Positions 1 through 9,532 of a stretch of 25,343 nt of DNA are shown here, in pieces (positions within the stretch are counted from its first letter, which is position 1; every line of letters begins with the position of its first letter). The notes beneath the pieces were generated by a model. The model was not told the origin of the DNA. It saw only the letters and a list, made by a program, of their open reading frames with translations, and did no database searches. Location of the stretch: positions 1-25,343 of IMG/VR virus record IMGVR_UViG_3300025015_000105, one strand, 5' to 3'. This DNA comes from a virus (taxonomy: Duplodnaviria > Caudoviricetes). The translations under genes and the position numbers were made by a program.

Positions 1-2
1 TG

Positions 3-539
3 GGTGGTAATGTGTTTGGTGGTCAATCAGTTAAAGATAATATTCCTGTAATGCTAACAAACGGTGAATATGTTATAAAAAAAGATACTGTAGATAAATT
101 TGGAAAAACTTTTTTTGATAATATAAATGCTGGTAAAAATCCAAGGGGTTATACGGGCGGGGGTTTAGTTAACCAGGATTATGGAATAAATAATAATACC
201 CAAAACTTCCAATACAATAATAGAATTATTTCTTTATTAGAGAGTATAAATGTTAATTTTTCTAATAATAGGGCGGAAAATGTTAATCAACCAAATAATA
301 ATGTTTCCGCCCCTATTGTTAATATAACTAATAATTTTAATATGGATAGAAGTGGAAATGTAACTTCTGATGCTAATGTTACTTCCAGTAACCAAAATGA
401 TAAAAACAAAAACAACAATAATGAAAAATCAGATCAAGAAAATTTACAAAAATTTGGAGATTTGATGCGTAATATTACTTTACAAGAGATTATTAAACAA
501 AATAAACCAGGAGGATTATTAAATATTAAATATGGATAA
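3..539 (+). CDS. Tail tape-measure-like protein, C-terminal part (5' truncated by the window edge)
   Basis: Frame is open from the window start (GGNVFGGQSVKDNIPVMLTNGEYVIKK...KFG..FF..IN.G...Y.GGGLV), the GG-x-DxVPxMLxxGEYV motif typical of tape-measure C-termini; ends with I.KQ.KPGGLL. Confidence 0.7.
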   Translation, partial: GGNVFGGQSVKDNIPVMLTNGEYVIKKDTVDKFGKTFFDNINAGKNPRGYTGGGLVNQDYGINNNTQNFQYNNRIISLLESINVNFSNNRAENVNQPNNNVSAPIVNITNNFNMDRSGNVTSDANVTSSNQNDKNKNNNNEKSDQENLQKFGDLMRNITLQEIIKQNKPGGLLNIKYG

Positions 540-574
540 TTCAACTTTTTAATAAGTAAATCAGATAATAAATA

Positions 575-1933
575 TTAAAAAATTAAAAATCCTTCCGAAA
601 CCCCCGTTTGATTAATATTTAATAATCCCGACATATAAAAACCTTTTTCAGTAAAATTCTCAGAATCTAATTCCACCCTAAATCCTATATTAGCTGTTTT
701 ACTAGGACCAATATCAGAAGAGTAAGAAATAGATTCAAATTTAGCTCTTTTGAAATCATATTGAACGGCGGTTCCTTGTGGCACAGCTTTTCTTGGCTGT
801 GCAATTTTAATAGCTATATTATAATCATCATTATTGTTTAAATAATTAGCTATACTTCCTGATTTCTCATCACCAACAATAGTATTAACTGTCAAATCAA
901 CATAACTCGGAAACGTTATTCTTCTATCCACAGGTAATCTATAACCCAAACTATTCAAAGCTTCTCTATTAAGAGGTAAATTGATATCATAAGATTGAAT
1001 TTTAATATCTGTGAAATCTACACCTAAATCTGGAATATCGATTCTCGATGTCCTTGAAAATCCCGTTCCAAAAATTGCCGAAACTCCAGTCAATTCTGGA
1101 AGAGCAGTAAAATTCATGGTAATATCTCCAGGAAGTAGAGCAGAAACTAATCCCGACCCCAAAAATGTAGTTGGTAAAGTGAATAAAACATTTCCAGTTG
1201 GTAATCTTGTTTTAGGATCTAAATATGGAGATAGAACCCCCGATCCTGACATATTAATTTGCATGTTTTCACAAATATAAGAAACGTTACATTTAGGAAA
1301 ATTACCCACAGAAGCATTAGTAGAATAATTAGTTAAATAACAATTTCCAAAAGAATAAGTATGTAACAATGGAGAATTAGGATCTATTCCAGAATAATAA
1401 AAATCATTATTTAAATCTTGTCCTTCGGGGGCAACGGCAATATATAAATTTCTCTTATCTTTTGATATAAAAGGATGTTGAGCCATAAACAATCCAGACC
1501 CTAAATCTATTTGTCTAGTATCAGATCTATCAACAAATCCCGATAAAATAAAAACCCCCGTATTATTAGTATATCTTGCTAATCCAGAATTTTGACCTAT
1601 TTCTATTGTATAATTAGTATTAAATCCTATTTCAAATTCATTGTAAACTCCATTTTGAAGATAATCTAAACTTAAATTTACTGTGGGCGGATCTATGATA
1701 GGTCGGGCAATTAAACCTAATTTGCCCAATTGCTTAACTTCTACTCTATTTATATTTACAGAATAATTAGCTGATTGAACTCTAGTAATAGGAGTAATTA
1801 AATTATGATTAGTTCCTGGGGCGGGAAAATCATTATTTAATATTCCGGCGCTATTAATTTGGTTATAACCGCTAGAATTATTGCCGCCAATATATACAGA
1901 CCAAATTTGATAAATTTCGCGATTACGACTCAT
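575..1933 (-). CDS. Putative virion structural protein (tail tube-like)
   Basis: 452 aa, beta-rich pattern (RVQSANYSVNINRVEVKQLG; IQSYDINLPLNREALNSLG), lies between portal and tape-measure genes. Family recalled, not searched. Confidence 0.5.
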   Translation of the reverse strand: MSRNREIYQIWSVYIGGNNSSGYNQINSAGILNNDFPAPGTNHNLITPITRVQSANYSVNINRVEVKQLGKLGLIARPIIDPPTVNLSLDYLQNGVYNEFEIGFNTNYTIEIGQNSGLARYTNNTGVFILSGFVDRSDTRQIDLGSGLFMAQHPFISKDKRNLYIAVAPEGQDLNNDFYYSGIDPNSPLLHTYSFGNCYLTNYSTNASVGNFPKCNVSYICENMQINMSGSGVLSPYLDPKTRLPTGNVLFTLPTTFLGSGLVSALLPGDITMNFTALPELTGVSAIFGTGFSRTSRIDIPDLGVDFTDIKIQSYDINLPLNREALNSLGYRLPVDRRITFPSYVDLTVNTIVGDEKSGSIANYLNNNDDYNIAIKIAQPRKAVPQGTAVQYDFKRAKFESISYSSDIGPSKTANIGFRVELDSENFTEKGFYMSGLLNINQTGVSEGFLIF

Positions 1934-4163
1934 TAATTATTTCTGTTTTACTATTTAATAATACCCCTGCTAAAAACTCATTAATTCCATGATTATAAGA
2001 TATTTCCCATTTTTCTTCATTTCTTTCTTCTACAATTTTATTATCTATGTTGTTTTTTAGATTGTTTAAATATCCTTTTACAATATTTTTATCCCCCCAA
2101 TTCTTTGGTTCTTCGTTAGTAATTATTAAATTAATTAAATCGTCTTTTGTTTCTTTTTGGGTAGCGTTTAATTCTTTTAATTTAAAGTCTTCTAATAATT
2201 CTGATTCTAACTCTTTATCTAATTTATCCGCTAATATCATATTGTCTTTTATTTTAGTTAAAGAATAAATTGTTTCAGATTCATCTTCGCCGCGAGATGT
2301 TCCAACAGGGCTAACTTTTTTAGTTGATTGCGGGGATCGGCTTCCTGCCGGACGCCCATTTGGACCTTTTAATTTAATATTTGGCGCATTTATATGTATT
2401 GCGGGCGGATTGGGAGGTGGTGGATTAGCCGCGTCATGTTTTCTTTGTTTATCTGATTGTTTAGTATCGTGTTCTTGTTGAGAATCCTGCAAACTCATTT
2501 GTTGTTTGCCCGCTTCTTTTGCTAATTTTAATTGATCAAATGGGGCGGCGGTAATAGGTTGATATAAACCTTTATCTTTGTATTCTCTAAATTTTTCTTG
2601 ACTTTCTAAACTTTCTTCTTTACTTGGTAATCTTCCAGTTTGAAATGCGGCTACTCCTTCTTCTGCTGTAAGTACACCTAGCTGAACAAGTTGTGCATAC
2701 AAACGTCCCCATATTGTTTCATCTTTCAAATTTAAATCTTCAAATTTAGGAGTGGGATAATTCTTAAATCCCATTATTAAAGAAATTCTTTTTATTTCAG
2801 GAATTAAAAATTCATTCAAAAATTGTTCGCGAATTTGTTTTAATCGTTCTATAAATATTTGAATTTTAATGGAGGTATTAGAAAATTTTTCACCATCTTG
2901 AGAATTAAATAAAATAGCATTTAAACCTTCGCGAATATCCCTGTCGACCACGGCATATTTAGCCTCATTTAATATATCTGCAATTTTTGGAATTACCCAC
3001 TCAGCTTTTGTCGAAAAATCTGATACTAAAACTCTTCCAATACTTTGATTTTGAAATAAAGTATTTAAAGCATCTAGGACTTTTTGATTAACCCCACCTT
3101 TATCAGGTTCATTTCCGTGAGTTACTAATAAAATAACATTTTGTAATGTTCTTATAATAGCTGCGTCAGCTTTCTTTAATTCGCTTTTATATTCTAAATC
3201 ATCTAAAATAGAATAGGTAAAAGGAATAGAAAAAGCCTCATAATCTTGTTTTTTATAAAACATTGTTGTTACTAAATCAGGATTTAATGGCAATAATATG
3301 CTAATAGATTTGTTTTTTATTAATTTTTTCGTTTCTTCTGGTAAACTATCATAAATTTCTTTATCTTCGGGTGTTTTAGGATTTTTTAATGCAGCAATTT
3401 CATAATCATTTAATTGTTTATATAAACTGTTAGTAGAGAACCACGCTCCTGATGTTATAGCTATCTGTGCAGAATCTAATACTATATATCTAATAGGCAA
3501 TTTAACTCCATATTTTGGTAATGTATCATCTTTCGCCCCAAATACTTGAGATATTTTTATCATTTCGGCGGGATTTACCGTTCCTTGCATTTTATAAATA
3601 TAAAGATTTCCCGATCTATAAAGTTCTCTAAAACATTGATCTTGTAAACTGTCCAAGTTTATTTTGTTAAATAGGGCGATAAAAAATTTCTTAGATTTTT
3701 CACTTCCACCCGTTAAAAACACTTTAGCACAAGAGAATTCAACCATAATTTCTATAACATTTCTCACAATTGAAAATCCAAAATATGCTTTTCTGCTTAA
3801 GATAACAACGTCTGTCATTGAAATATAATTAGTTCCTCCAATTCCACTGTATTTATAGGGTAATTTAATACTATCAATATTTATGAAACGATCTGAACGC
3901 TCAATCGTAGTTGCGCTATTTCTCCTAACAGAAGTAGACCCTCTTGTTTCTTCCATGTTAGAGGAAAGTGGCGTAATTTCTTGATTATTAACAAATTGTG
4001 TTAAAGAAACCACATTATTTTGGGCGGGCGACGGACGATTTCCTATAACAATTTCTCCATTATCAGATTTATAACCTTGTAATTGTCCGCGCTTATATTG
4101 TGAATAAATAGTTTGGTAACTTTTGTTCTGTTCTTTAGCAAATTCTGATAACGTTTTACTCAT
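1923..4163 (-). CDS. Putative portal protein with N-terminal HTH
   Basis: 746 aa with portal-like landmarks (AY..FSIVRNVIEIMVEFS; FRELYRSGNLYIY; IPFTYSILDDL; KY..VD.DI.EGL; P.PKFEDLNL), low-complexity Pro/Gln C-terminal linker, located near the terminase. Confidence 0.75.
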   Translation of the reverse strand: MSKTLSEFAKEQNKSYQTIYSQYKRGQLQGYKSDNGEIVIGNRPSPAQNNVVSLTQFVNNQEITPLSSNMEETRGSTSVRRNSATTIERSDRFINIDSIKLPYKYSGIGGTNYISMTDVVILSRKAYFGFSIVRNVIEIMVEFSCAKVFLTGGSEKSKKFFIALFNKINLDSLQDQCFRELYRSGNLYIYKMQGTVNPAEMIKISQVFGAKDDTLPKYGVKLPIRYIVLDSAQIAITSGAWFSTNSLYKQLNDYEIAALKNPKTPEDKEIYDSLPEETKKLIKNKSISILLPLNPDLVTTMFYKKQDYEAFSIPFTYSILDDLEYKSELKKADAAIIRTLQNVILLVTHGNEPDKGGVNQKVLDALNTLFQNQSIGRVLVSDFSTKAEWVIPKIADILNEAKYAVVDRDIREGLNAILFNSQDGEKFSNTSIKIQIFIERLKQIREQFLNEFLIPEIKRISLIMGFKNYPTPKFEDLNLKDETIWGRLYAQLVQLGVLTAEEGVAAFQTGRLPSKEESLESQEKFREYKDKGLYQPITAAPFDQLKLAKEAGKQQMSLQDSQQEHDTKQSDKQRKHDAANPPPPNPPAIHINAPNIKLKGPNGRPAGSRSPQSTKKVSPVGTSRGEDESETIYSLTKIKDNMILADKLDKELESELLEDFKLKELNATQKETKDDLINLIITNEEPKNWGDKNIVKGYLNNLKNNIDNKIVEERNEEKWEISYNHGINEFLAGVLLNSKTEIINES

Positions 4164-4171
4164 ATAAACAC

Positions 4172-4239
4172 TTTACACATAATTTTGCATAGTTTTGCAT
4201 AATTGTTTTTAATTTAAAAATTTATGCAATTTGTGTAAA
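4172..4239. promoter_or_regulatory. Divergent, near-symmetric control region with a TGTGTAAA motif facing each gene
   Basis: TTTACACA 4172-4179 (8 nt before the portal ATG) and TGTGTAAA 4232-4239; inner inverted repeat TTGCATAA 4195-4202 / TTATGCAA 4222-4229. Confidence 0.45.
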
Positions 4240-4258
4240 CAATATTAAATAAAAATCT

Positions 4259-4480
4259 ATGCCACTACCAGCGCCATCAAAAAAGCAAGACAAAAATTCA
4301 TTTATTTCTTCTTGTGTCTCGTCTGACGTAATGAAAAAAGAATTTCCAGATATGAAAAGGCGTTTAGCCGTATGTTTTTCGCAATTTAAAAGAAAAAAGA
4401 AACAAAAACAAGCTAATGGATTTAACGAAGATCCAACATGGAAAGAAGTAGAACAAGAACCAGTTTTATATTTAGATTAA
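4259..4480 (+). CDS. Small phage protein (MPLP..FISSC...M..EFPD...R.AVC.SQ type)
   Basis: 73 aa; motif resembles small proteins I recall next to phage head genes; function unknown. Confidence 0.65.
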   Translation: MPLPAPSKKQDKNSFISSCVSSDVMKKEFPDMKRRLAVCFSQFKRKKKQKQANGFNEDPTWKEVEQEPVLYLD

Positions 4481-4504
4481 TAAAAACAATCTTGAATTTA
4501 ATTT

Positions 4505-5401
4505 TTAAAAATTAAAACCTAAAAACTTAAGGCATTCTAATTTCTGTTCTGGTGTCAAATTTTTAGCACGAATTCCATTAGCAAGAAAATCATTTTTCTC
4601 TAAATTGTTTTTTTCCCATAATGGTTGAAAATTAGTATAATGAAAACATATTTTTTGTTGATTAAAATCTTTTAAATCAAATAGTTCTATTGGTAAAATA
4701 TGATCTAAATTCCATTTTCCGTTTCCTTTCCCCCAGTTTTGCCAATTCATTCCCGATTGCCATTTTTGTTGTATATATTTTTTAAAATCTTCAATAGAAA
4801 TTCCTAATAGTTTTATAGCTGAAGAATATTTATATCCATAAACTATAGATGCCCATAAAGACGTGCGCAAAGAACATTTTATTTTGTATCCAATATCATA
4901 TTTTTTTCTTTTTTCCAAATATTCTCTTACTCTTTTATTAATCAAATCTTTATTTTTTACTTTATATATTCTATAATATTGTTCGAAATTCTCTTTATGG
5001 AAATATCTATATTTTTTGCTTTTTTCTTTAATAATGCTAAAATTATTTTTACGATATTCGTAACACCTATTTAAAATACAATTTTTATTATCAATATAAT
5101 ATTGTTTCTTCTGTAATGAAATTTTATTTTTATTTGAATTTTTATATATATAATAACAATCTTTACATTCCACCCTTCCTTTATAAAAATATTTTATTGT
5201 TTTTAATGTTTTACATTTAGAACAAATCTTTTCAATTAAACCAATATGACTATTTCTATCTCTAGCTTTTCGATTATCACATAATTTACATAAAATTTTT
5301 CTATAAAACGTTCCAGATTTATTTTTGATTGTTGTTAATGTAAAATTTTCAATACTTTTTATTTGGCTACAAATTTTACATTGTTTATTTTCGTTAATCA
5401 T
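4505..5401 (-). CDS. HNH-type (endonuclease VII-like) homing endonuclease
   Basis: N-terminal CxxC pairs, basic helical linker, C-terminal GMNWQNWG..W.LDHI.PI..F......Q..CFHYTN.QPLW..NN..K. ATG at 5401 preferred over the TTG at 5428 that overlaps the upstream gene. Confidence 0.85.
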   Translation of the reverse strand: MINENKQCKICSQIKSIENFTLTTIKNKSGTFYRKILCKLCDNRKARDRNSHIGLIEKICSKCKTLKTIKYFYKGRVECKDCYYIYKNSNKNKISLQKKQYYIDNKNCILNRCYEYRKNNFSIIKEKSKKYRYFHKENFEQYYRIYKVKNKDLINKRVREYLEKRKKYDIGYKIKCSLRTSLWASIVYGYKYSSAIKLLGISIEDFKKYIQQKWQSGMNWQNWGKGNGKWNLDHILPIELFDLKDFNQQKICFHYTNFQPLWEKNNLEKNDFLANGIRAKNLTPEQKLECLKFLGFNF

Positions 5402-5412
5402 AATTTTTGTTT

Positions 5413-6342
5413 TTATAAATACTGGCAATTATAATAGTACTGTAAATCTATTTCCTTTATATCTCCCTTATATTTAAATATTTTATCAACTAATTTAATA
5501 GCTTCCCTTTTTCCATCTGAGCATAAAAACTGAATATTCAAAGGATATCTTTGTATTAAATCACGAATTCTAAAAAAAATATAATCGAATGAACAGCGAG
5601 TATACTTCATATACGGCAAAAATGGAAAAGATAATAACTTGTCGTATTTTTCTATTATAAGAATAATTAAATAATTATTATCATTTTTACACCTTTCTAT
5701 TTCTTGTGTAAATCTATTATATCCTTTTGATAATGTGGAAATTGCATCAGAAAGAGATTTTTTTTCTATATATATTTCATTGTTTTCCATAATAGAATAA
5801 TCTCCATAATTAAGTTTTTTTACCTTAAATTTTGGTATTTTTAAAATATTCTGCTCTCTTGTGTCACAAATATAATTTAGTTCTTTATTGTCATCAAATT
5901 CTAATTGTCTATTATAATTATACCTATTAATCAATCCAACTTCAGTGTTTATTCTATTGTAACTCCCCGCTCCAAATTCTTTTTCAAAATAAATAGGGGC
6001 GGGGATTATAAGACTTTTAGCCTCAAAAGTCGACAAAGCATATTTTAAGTTCTTTTTTTCCTTCCTTTTTAATAATAATTCTTTACAAAACGCCCATTTT
6101 TCTTCTTTAGTTTTTAATCCATCCAAATACATTCTTAAATTAACTCTAGAGATAAAATCTGTTAAAAAATAGTTTTCCTGGTTTTTAAATGATAATTGTT
6201 CGTGAGAAAATAAATCATATTTTGGGTGGTATTTTTCGTAATAATCTTTTATTTTTATTTTATGTATTTCCCAAGGGTGTTTTGTAGTAACTTGTTCGCC
6301 ACAAATTTGACAGGGTGGAATTAATAAAAAAGAACTTGACAT
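5413..6342 (-). CDS. ERCC4-domain nuclease with N-terminal C2H2-like Zn finger
   Basis: DTREQ...KL.YGDYS...IEKKSLSD..STL..G.NRF..EIER matches ERCC4/XPF nuclease motifs; CQIC...H...H at the N-terminus. Confidence 0.85.
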   Translation of the reverse strand: MSSSFLLIPPCQICGEQVTTKHPWEIHKIKIKDYYEKYHPKYDLFSHEQLSFKNQENYFLTDFISRVNLRMYLDGLKTKEEKWAFCKELLLKRKEKKNLKYALSTFEAKSLIIPAPIYFEKEFGAGSYNRINTEVGLINRYNYNRQLEFDDNKELNYICDTREQNILKIPKFKVKKLNYGDYSIMENNEIYIEKKSLSDAISTLSKGYNRFTQEIERCKNDNNYLIILIIEKYDKLLSFPFLPYMKYTRCSFDYIFFRIRDLIQRYPLNIQFLCSDGKREAIKLVDKIFKYKGDIKEIDLQYYYNCQYL

Positions 6343-6364
6343 CCTTAATTATTATAGATAAAAT
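6336..6364 (+). promoter_or_regulatory. sigma70-type promoter
   Basis: TTGACA (6336-6341), 17 nt, TAAAAT (6359-6364); ATG of the next gene 8 nt later. Confidence 0.65.
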
Positions 6365-6372
6365 ATAAAAAG

Positions 6373-6588
6373 ATGAAACAAAAACTTTCACATCAAAAAA
6401 AAGCATTAATTATGGCTATAAAAACATTAGAATTTTATGCAGACCCAAGCAATTATCATGCAATATCTATTGTATACGATTCGCCTGCTGGAAATTTTAT
6501 AAAAGATTTTGATTTTGTACCATATTATAATAGAAAAATGCCAGGAAAAATGGCGCGTAAAGCCCTATATAAAATACAAAAATTTTAA
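6373..6588 (+). CDS. Hypothetical protein
   Basis: 71 aa ORF directly behind the promoter; LEFYAD...G..AR.AL pattern common in phage small proteins. Confidence 0.7.
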   Translation: MKQKLSHQKKALIMAIKTLEFYADPSNYHAISIVYDSPAGNFIKDFDFVPYYNRKMPGKMARKALYKIQKF

Positions 6589-6597
6589 CATAAAAAT

Positions 6598-7035
6598 ATG
6601 AAAAGAGAAATAAAATTTAGAGTTTGGTCTAAAAAACATAGTCAATGGATGAATCATTGTGCGGTTATTGATTGTAATGGAAATATTGGTAGTCGTTTTA
6701 TTGAAGTTAAACCAAACCAAGAAATAGTTGAACATATCGTTAATTTATCGCCTGATGAAAATATAATTCAATTATTTACTGGTTTATTAGACAAAAACAA
6801 CAAACCAATTTATGAAGGTGATATAGTAGAATACAATAGTAAATGTGATATTACTTATAGTAAACCCGGAATTGTTTCAATTGGAGAATATTTTAATGGC
6901 GGCGGAACAGATAAAATTTATCATTATGGAGTAAGAGTAAAAAGATTAGATATGAAAGATTGTTATTTCGGACTAAACGAAAAAGATAAAAATTATTTAA
7001 TTATAGGAAATATATTTCAAAATCCAGAATTATAA
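6598..7035 (+). CDS. yopX: YopX family protein
   Basis: MKREIKFRVW ... QLFTGLLDKNNKPIYEGDIV ... IIGNIFQNPEL, the YopX signature. Confidence 0.9.
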   Translation: MKREIKFRVWSKKHSQWMNHCAVIDCNGNIGSRFIEVKPNQEIVEHIVNLSPDENIIQLFTGLLDKNNKPIYEGDIVEYNSKCDITYSKPGIVSIGEYFNGGGTDKIYHYGVRVKRLDMKDCYFGLNEKDKNYLIIGNIFQNPEL

Positions 7036-7253
7036 AAACGATATCTAAACTAAATAAAAAACTAATAAATTCTACTAAAATTTATTGGATTAAACAAATC
7101 AAAGATTTTACTAATTGCCCGTTATGTAAATCTAAATTAAAAGGTTGCACTATTGGAGATTACTGTTCCAATAAAAAATGCACTTATTCAGATGGTTCAG
7201 CAAGATTAACTAAAAAAGAAATCGTTAAATATAAAAACAAAATAATTAAATAA
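7032..7253 (+). CDS. Uncalled Zn-ribbon protein ORF without a standard start codon
   Basis: 73 codons IKTISKL...CPLCKSKLKGCTIGDYCSNKKC...KIIK* exactly fill the gap between the yopX genes; begins at an ATA overlapping the upstream TAA. Confidence 0.5.
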   Translation: MKTISKLNKKLINSTKIYWIKQIKDFTNCPLCKSKLKGCTIGDYCSNKKCTYSDGSARLTKKEIVKYKNKIIK

Positions 7254-7254
7254 T

Positions 7255-7638
7255 ATGAAAAATATTTTAAAATTTAGATATTATAATTTTAAATTAAAAA
7301 AATTTATTTATAGCAACGATTATAATTTAGAAACACAACTTTTTAGATTAAAAAAATTTTTTACAGAAGCGTCTAATGAATTTTATGATGTAATTATTCA
7401 ACAATCTACTGGATTAAAAGATAAAAATAATATTGAAATATATGAAGGTGATATAATTAAATACAGGTTTCCAGAATTAGGAAAAAATATATCTTTAGTT
7501 AGATGGAGTAAAAATGATGAAGACAATCACCCTGGCTTCCACATGAAAGATGAAATAACTGAATACGGAAAAATAGAAATAATTGGTAATATTTTTGAAA
7601 ATCCAAAACTTATCGATTCCCGACAAAAAATGGCATAA
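7255..7638 (+). CDS. yopX: YopX family protein
   Basis: LKFRYY ... QQSTGLKDKNNIEIYEGDII ... EIIGNIFENPKL. Confidence 0.9.
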   Translation: MKNILKFRYYNFKLKKFIYSNDYNLETQLFRLKKFFTEASNEFYDVIIQQSTGLKDKNNIEIYEGDIIKYRFPELGKNISLVRWSKNDEDNHPGFHMKDEITEYGKIEIIGNIFENPKLIDSRQKMA

Positions 7639-9526
7639 AATAAGCCTGTACTTTTTCTTCTTCTGTATAAATCATATCTAAATAACATTTTGCCGCCCAA
7701 TTACCCATGACAATACAAGAAACCAAATCTTTTCTAGGTCTTCCAGGAGATTTAAGCATTTTTAATCTTTGTGGTAATTGAAATGTCATATTCCCCGTGG
7801 AAGAAACTTTAGGTTCTATTAATGCTAATTGAGATTTAGTTTCTAATAATAAATAATCTTGCCAAGCCATGAAATCTAATAATCCCATTTTAATATCGGT
7901 TTTAGGATCTTTAATTTCTATTATAGGAGTGCTGCCTTTTTGTTCTTCGTCTACGGCTTTTTGAACCATTATACTATGACTACAAACAGGTGAAGCAAAA
8001 TGAATTTTTCCATATTCAATTTGTGCTTTTAAGTATTCATAACCCCTACGAATCCAATCACTTTGCCAAACTTGTCTATAACAAATTTTTTTATCATATC
8101 GGTTATAACTATTTTTTGCTATTTTTAATTCATTTAAATATTCTGCCTCGTTATCAAAATCTCCTTCCATAAATTTAAGTCTGACATTAGAATTAACAAA
8201 AATAACTGATTCGTTTGCAGATAATATAAAATTACTGCCTTCTCCGGCCAAGTCTGCAGATATAAATACAATATTAAAATTCATTAACAAATAATGAAAA
8301 TAATTAATATGATCTATTAAATTTCCGCCCGAAACTCCATAAGAATGAACTTGTGTTAAAGATCTAGCATCTTTGTTTAATAAATAAACCCCCATAGCAA
8401 ACATATCTGAAGATGCGGAATCAGAAAAACTAGGATCAACAGCTAAAATATATTCACTTTTTGGATCTCCTTTTAGCTGAACACAAGGTAATTCTCCGTT
8501 TGGAACCGTGCTTTGGTTTAATCTTCTTATATTAAAATAACCATCGGAACCAGATATAAATTTAGCCATTAATTCTCTTTGATAATGGATTGTATTCTCC
8601 CCGCCCGATCTCATTTCTTTTACCACCTCTTCTTCTAACATTTCTTCTGGAATTGCTTTGCAACTAATTCTAGCAACAAAGTATTTTTTTCTCAAATCGA
8701 CGAGGGCCATTTCATCTGTTATATTATCCACCCATTCTTTAAACAATTTATAAGCAAATTCAAAATCAAAACAAGCAGAAGTCAAAGCTATGATTTTTTT
8801 CTCACTCGCTAAAATTGTTCGTTGATCTTCTGTTAATTGTCCCGCCTCAATTAAAGCTCCCTCTCTTTCTTTTATTCTTAATTGTTCAGATATATTACTT
8901 TTAGCCATAAGAAAGGGCACTAAAACACTTTTGTAAATATCTTCAGGTATCATTAAAAACTCATCGCAAATCAATAAATCAGCACGACTACCACGAATTT
9001 TTTCATTTAATGGTAAAGCTGTTATACTTCCTTCATTAATAAAAGTGGTCCATTCATCACCCCTTTTATACATTTTTAATTTTCCTCCATCTAATTCACA
9101 ACACCCCCTTAATAATTGACATTTTTTATCATTAACTGTAAGTTCTATTTGATTAACTAATCGACGGGAAGAACGAAAAGAATTAGAAGCTATAATTATT
9201 TTTTTACCTTTATTAAAAATTAAATATAACCAACAAAAAATAGCCGTCAACCAAGTTTTAGAACCCCCACGGGAAATAACAAGCATATTAAAATTATGAT
9301 TAAACATATTTCTTAATAATATTTCTTGAAATGGAAACAATCGAATAGTTCCACCCGTTAATAAAAAAACAGTAAAACCCAAATTATCATATAAAAAATT
9401 TGCTAATGTTTCTTTAGCTAATCTTTCTTCTAAATAACCAGATAATTCTTTGTATTTGGTATTAGAATGGGGCGGAATAATAATTCCTTTCTTTTCTTTT
9501 TTAGTAAAATTATTGTAATAAATCAT
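7610..9526 (-). CDS. terL: Terminase large subunit
   Basis: LFPFQ adenine-binding motif, Walker A SRGGSKT, RGSRA..LICDE Walker B, ALTSA coupling motif, nuclease motifs LAVDP..S..SD and RKDL. Confidence 0.9.
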   Translation of the reverse strand: MIYYNNFTKKEKKGIIIPPHSNTKYKELSGYLEERLAKETLANFLYDNLGFTVFLLTGGTIRLFPFQEILLRNMFNHNFNMLVISRGGSKTWLTAIFCWLYLIFNKGKKIIIASNSFRSSRRLVNQIELTVNDKKCQLLRGCCELDGGKLKMYKRGDEWTTFINEGSITALPLNEKIRGSRADLLICDEFLMIPEDIYKSVLVPFLMAKSNISEQLRIKEREGALIEAGQLTEDQRTILASEKKIIALTSACFDFEFAYKLFKEWVDNITDEMALVDLRKKYFVARISCKAIPEEMLEEEVVKEMRSGGENTIHYQRELMAKFISGSDGYFNIRRLNQSTVPNGELPCVQLKGDPKSEYILAVDPSFSDSASSDMFAMGVYLLNKDARSLTQVHSYGVSGGNLIDHINYFHYLLMNFNIVFISADLAGEGSNFILSANESVIFVNSNVRLKFMEGDFDNEAEYLNELKIAKNSYNRYDKKICYRQVWQSDWIRRGYEYLKAQIEYGKIHFASPVCSHSIMVQKAVDEEQKGSTPIIEIKDPKTDIKMGLLDFMAWQDYLLLETKSQLALIEPKVSSTGNMTFQLPQRLKMLKSPGRPRKDLVSCIVMGNWAAKCYLDMIYTEEEKVQAYFMPFFVGNR

Positions 9527-9532
9527 GTCAAA

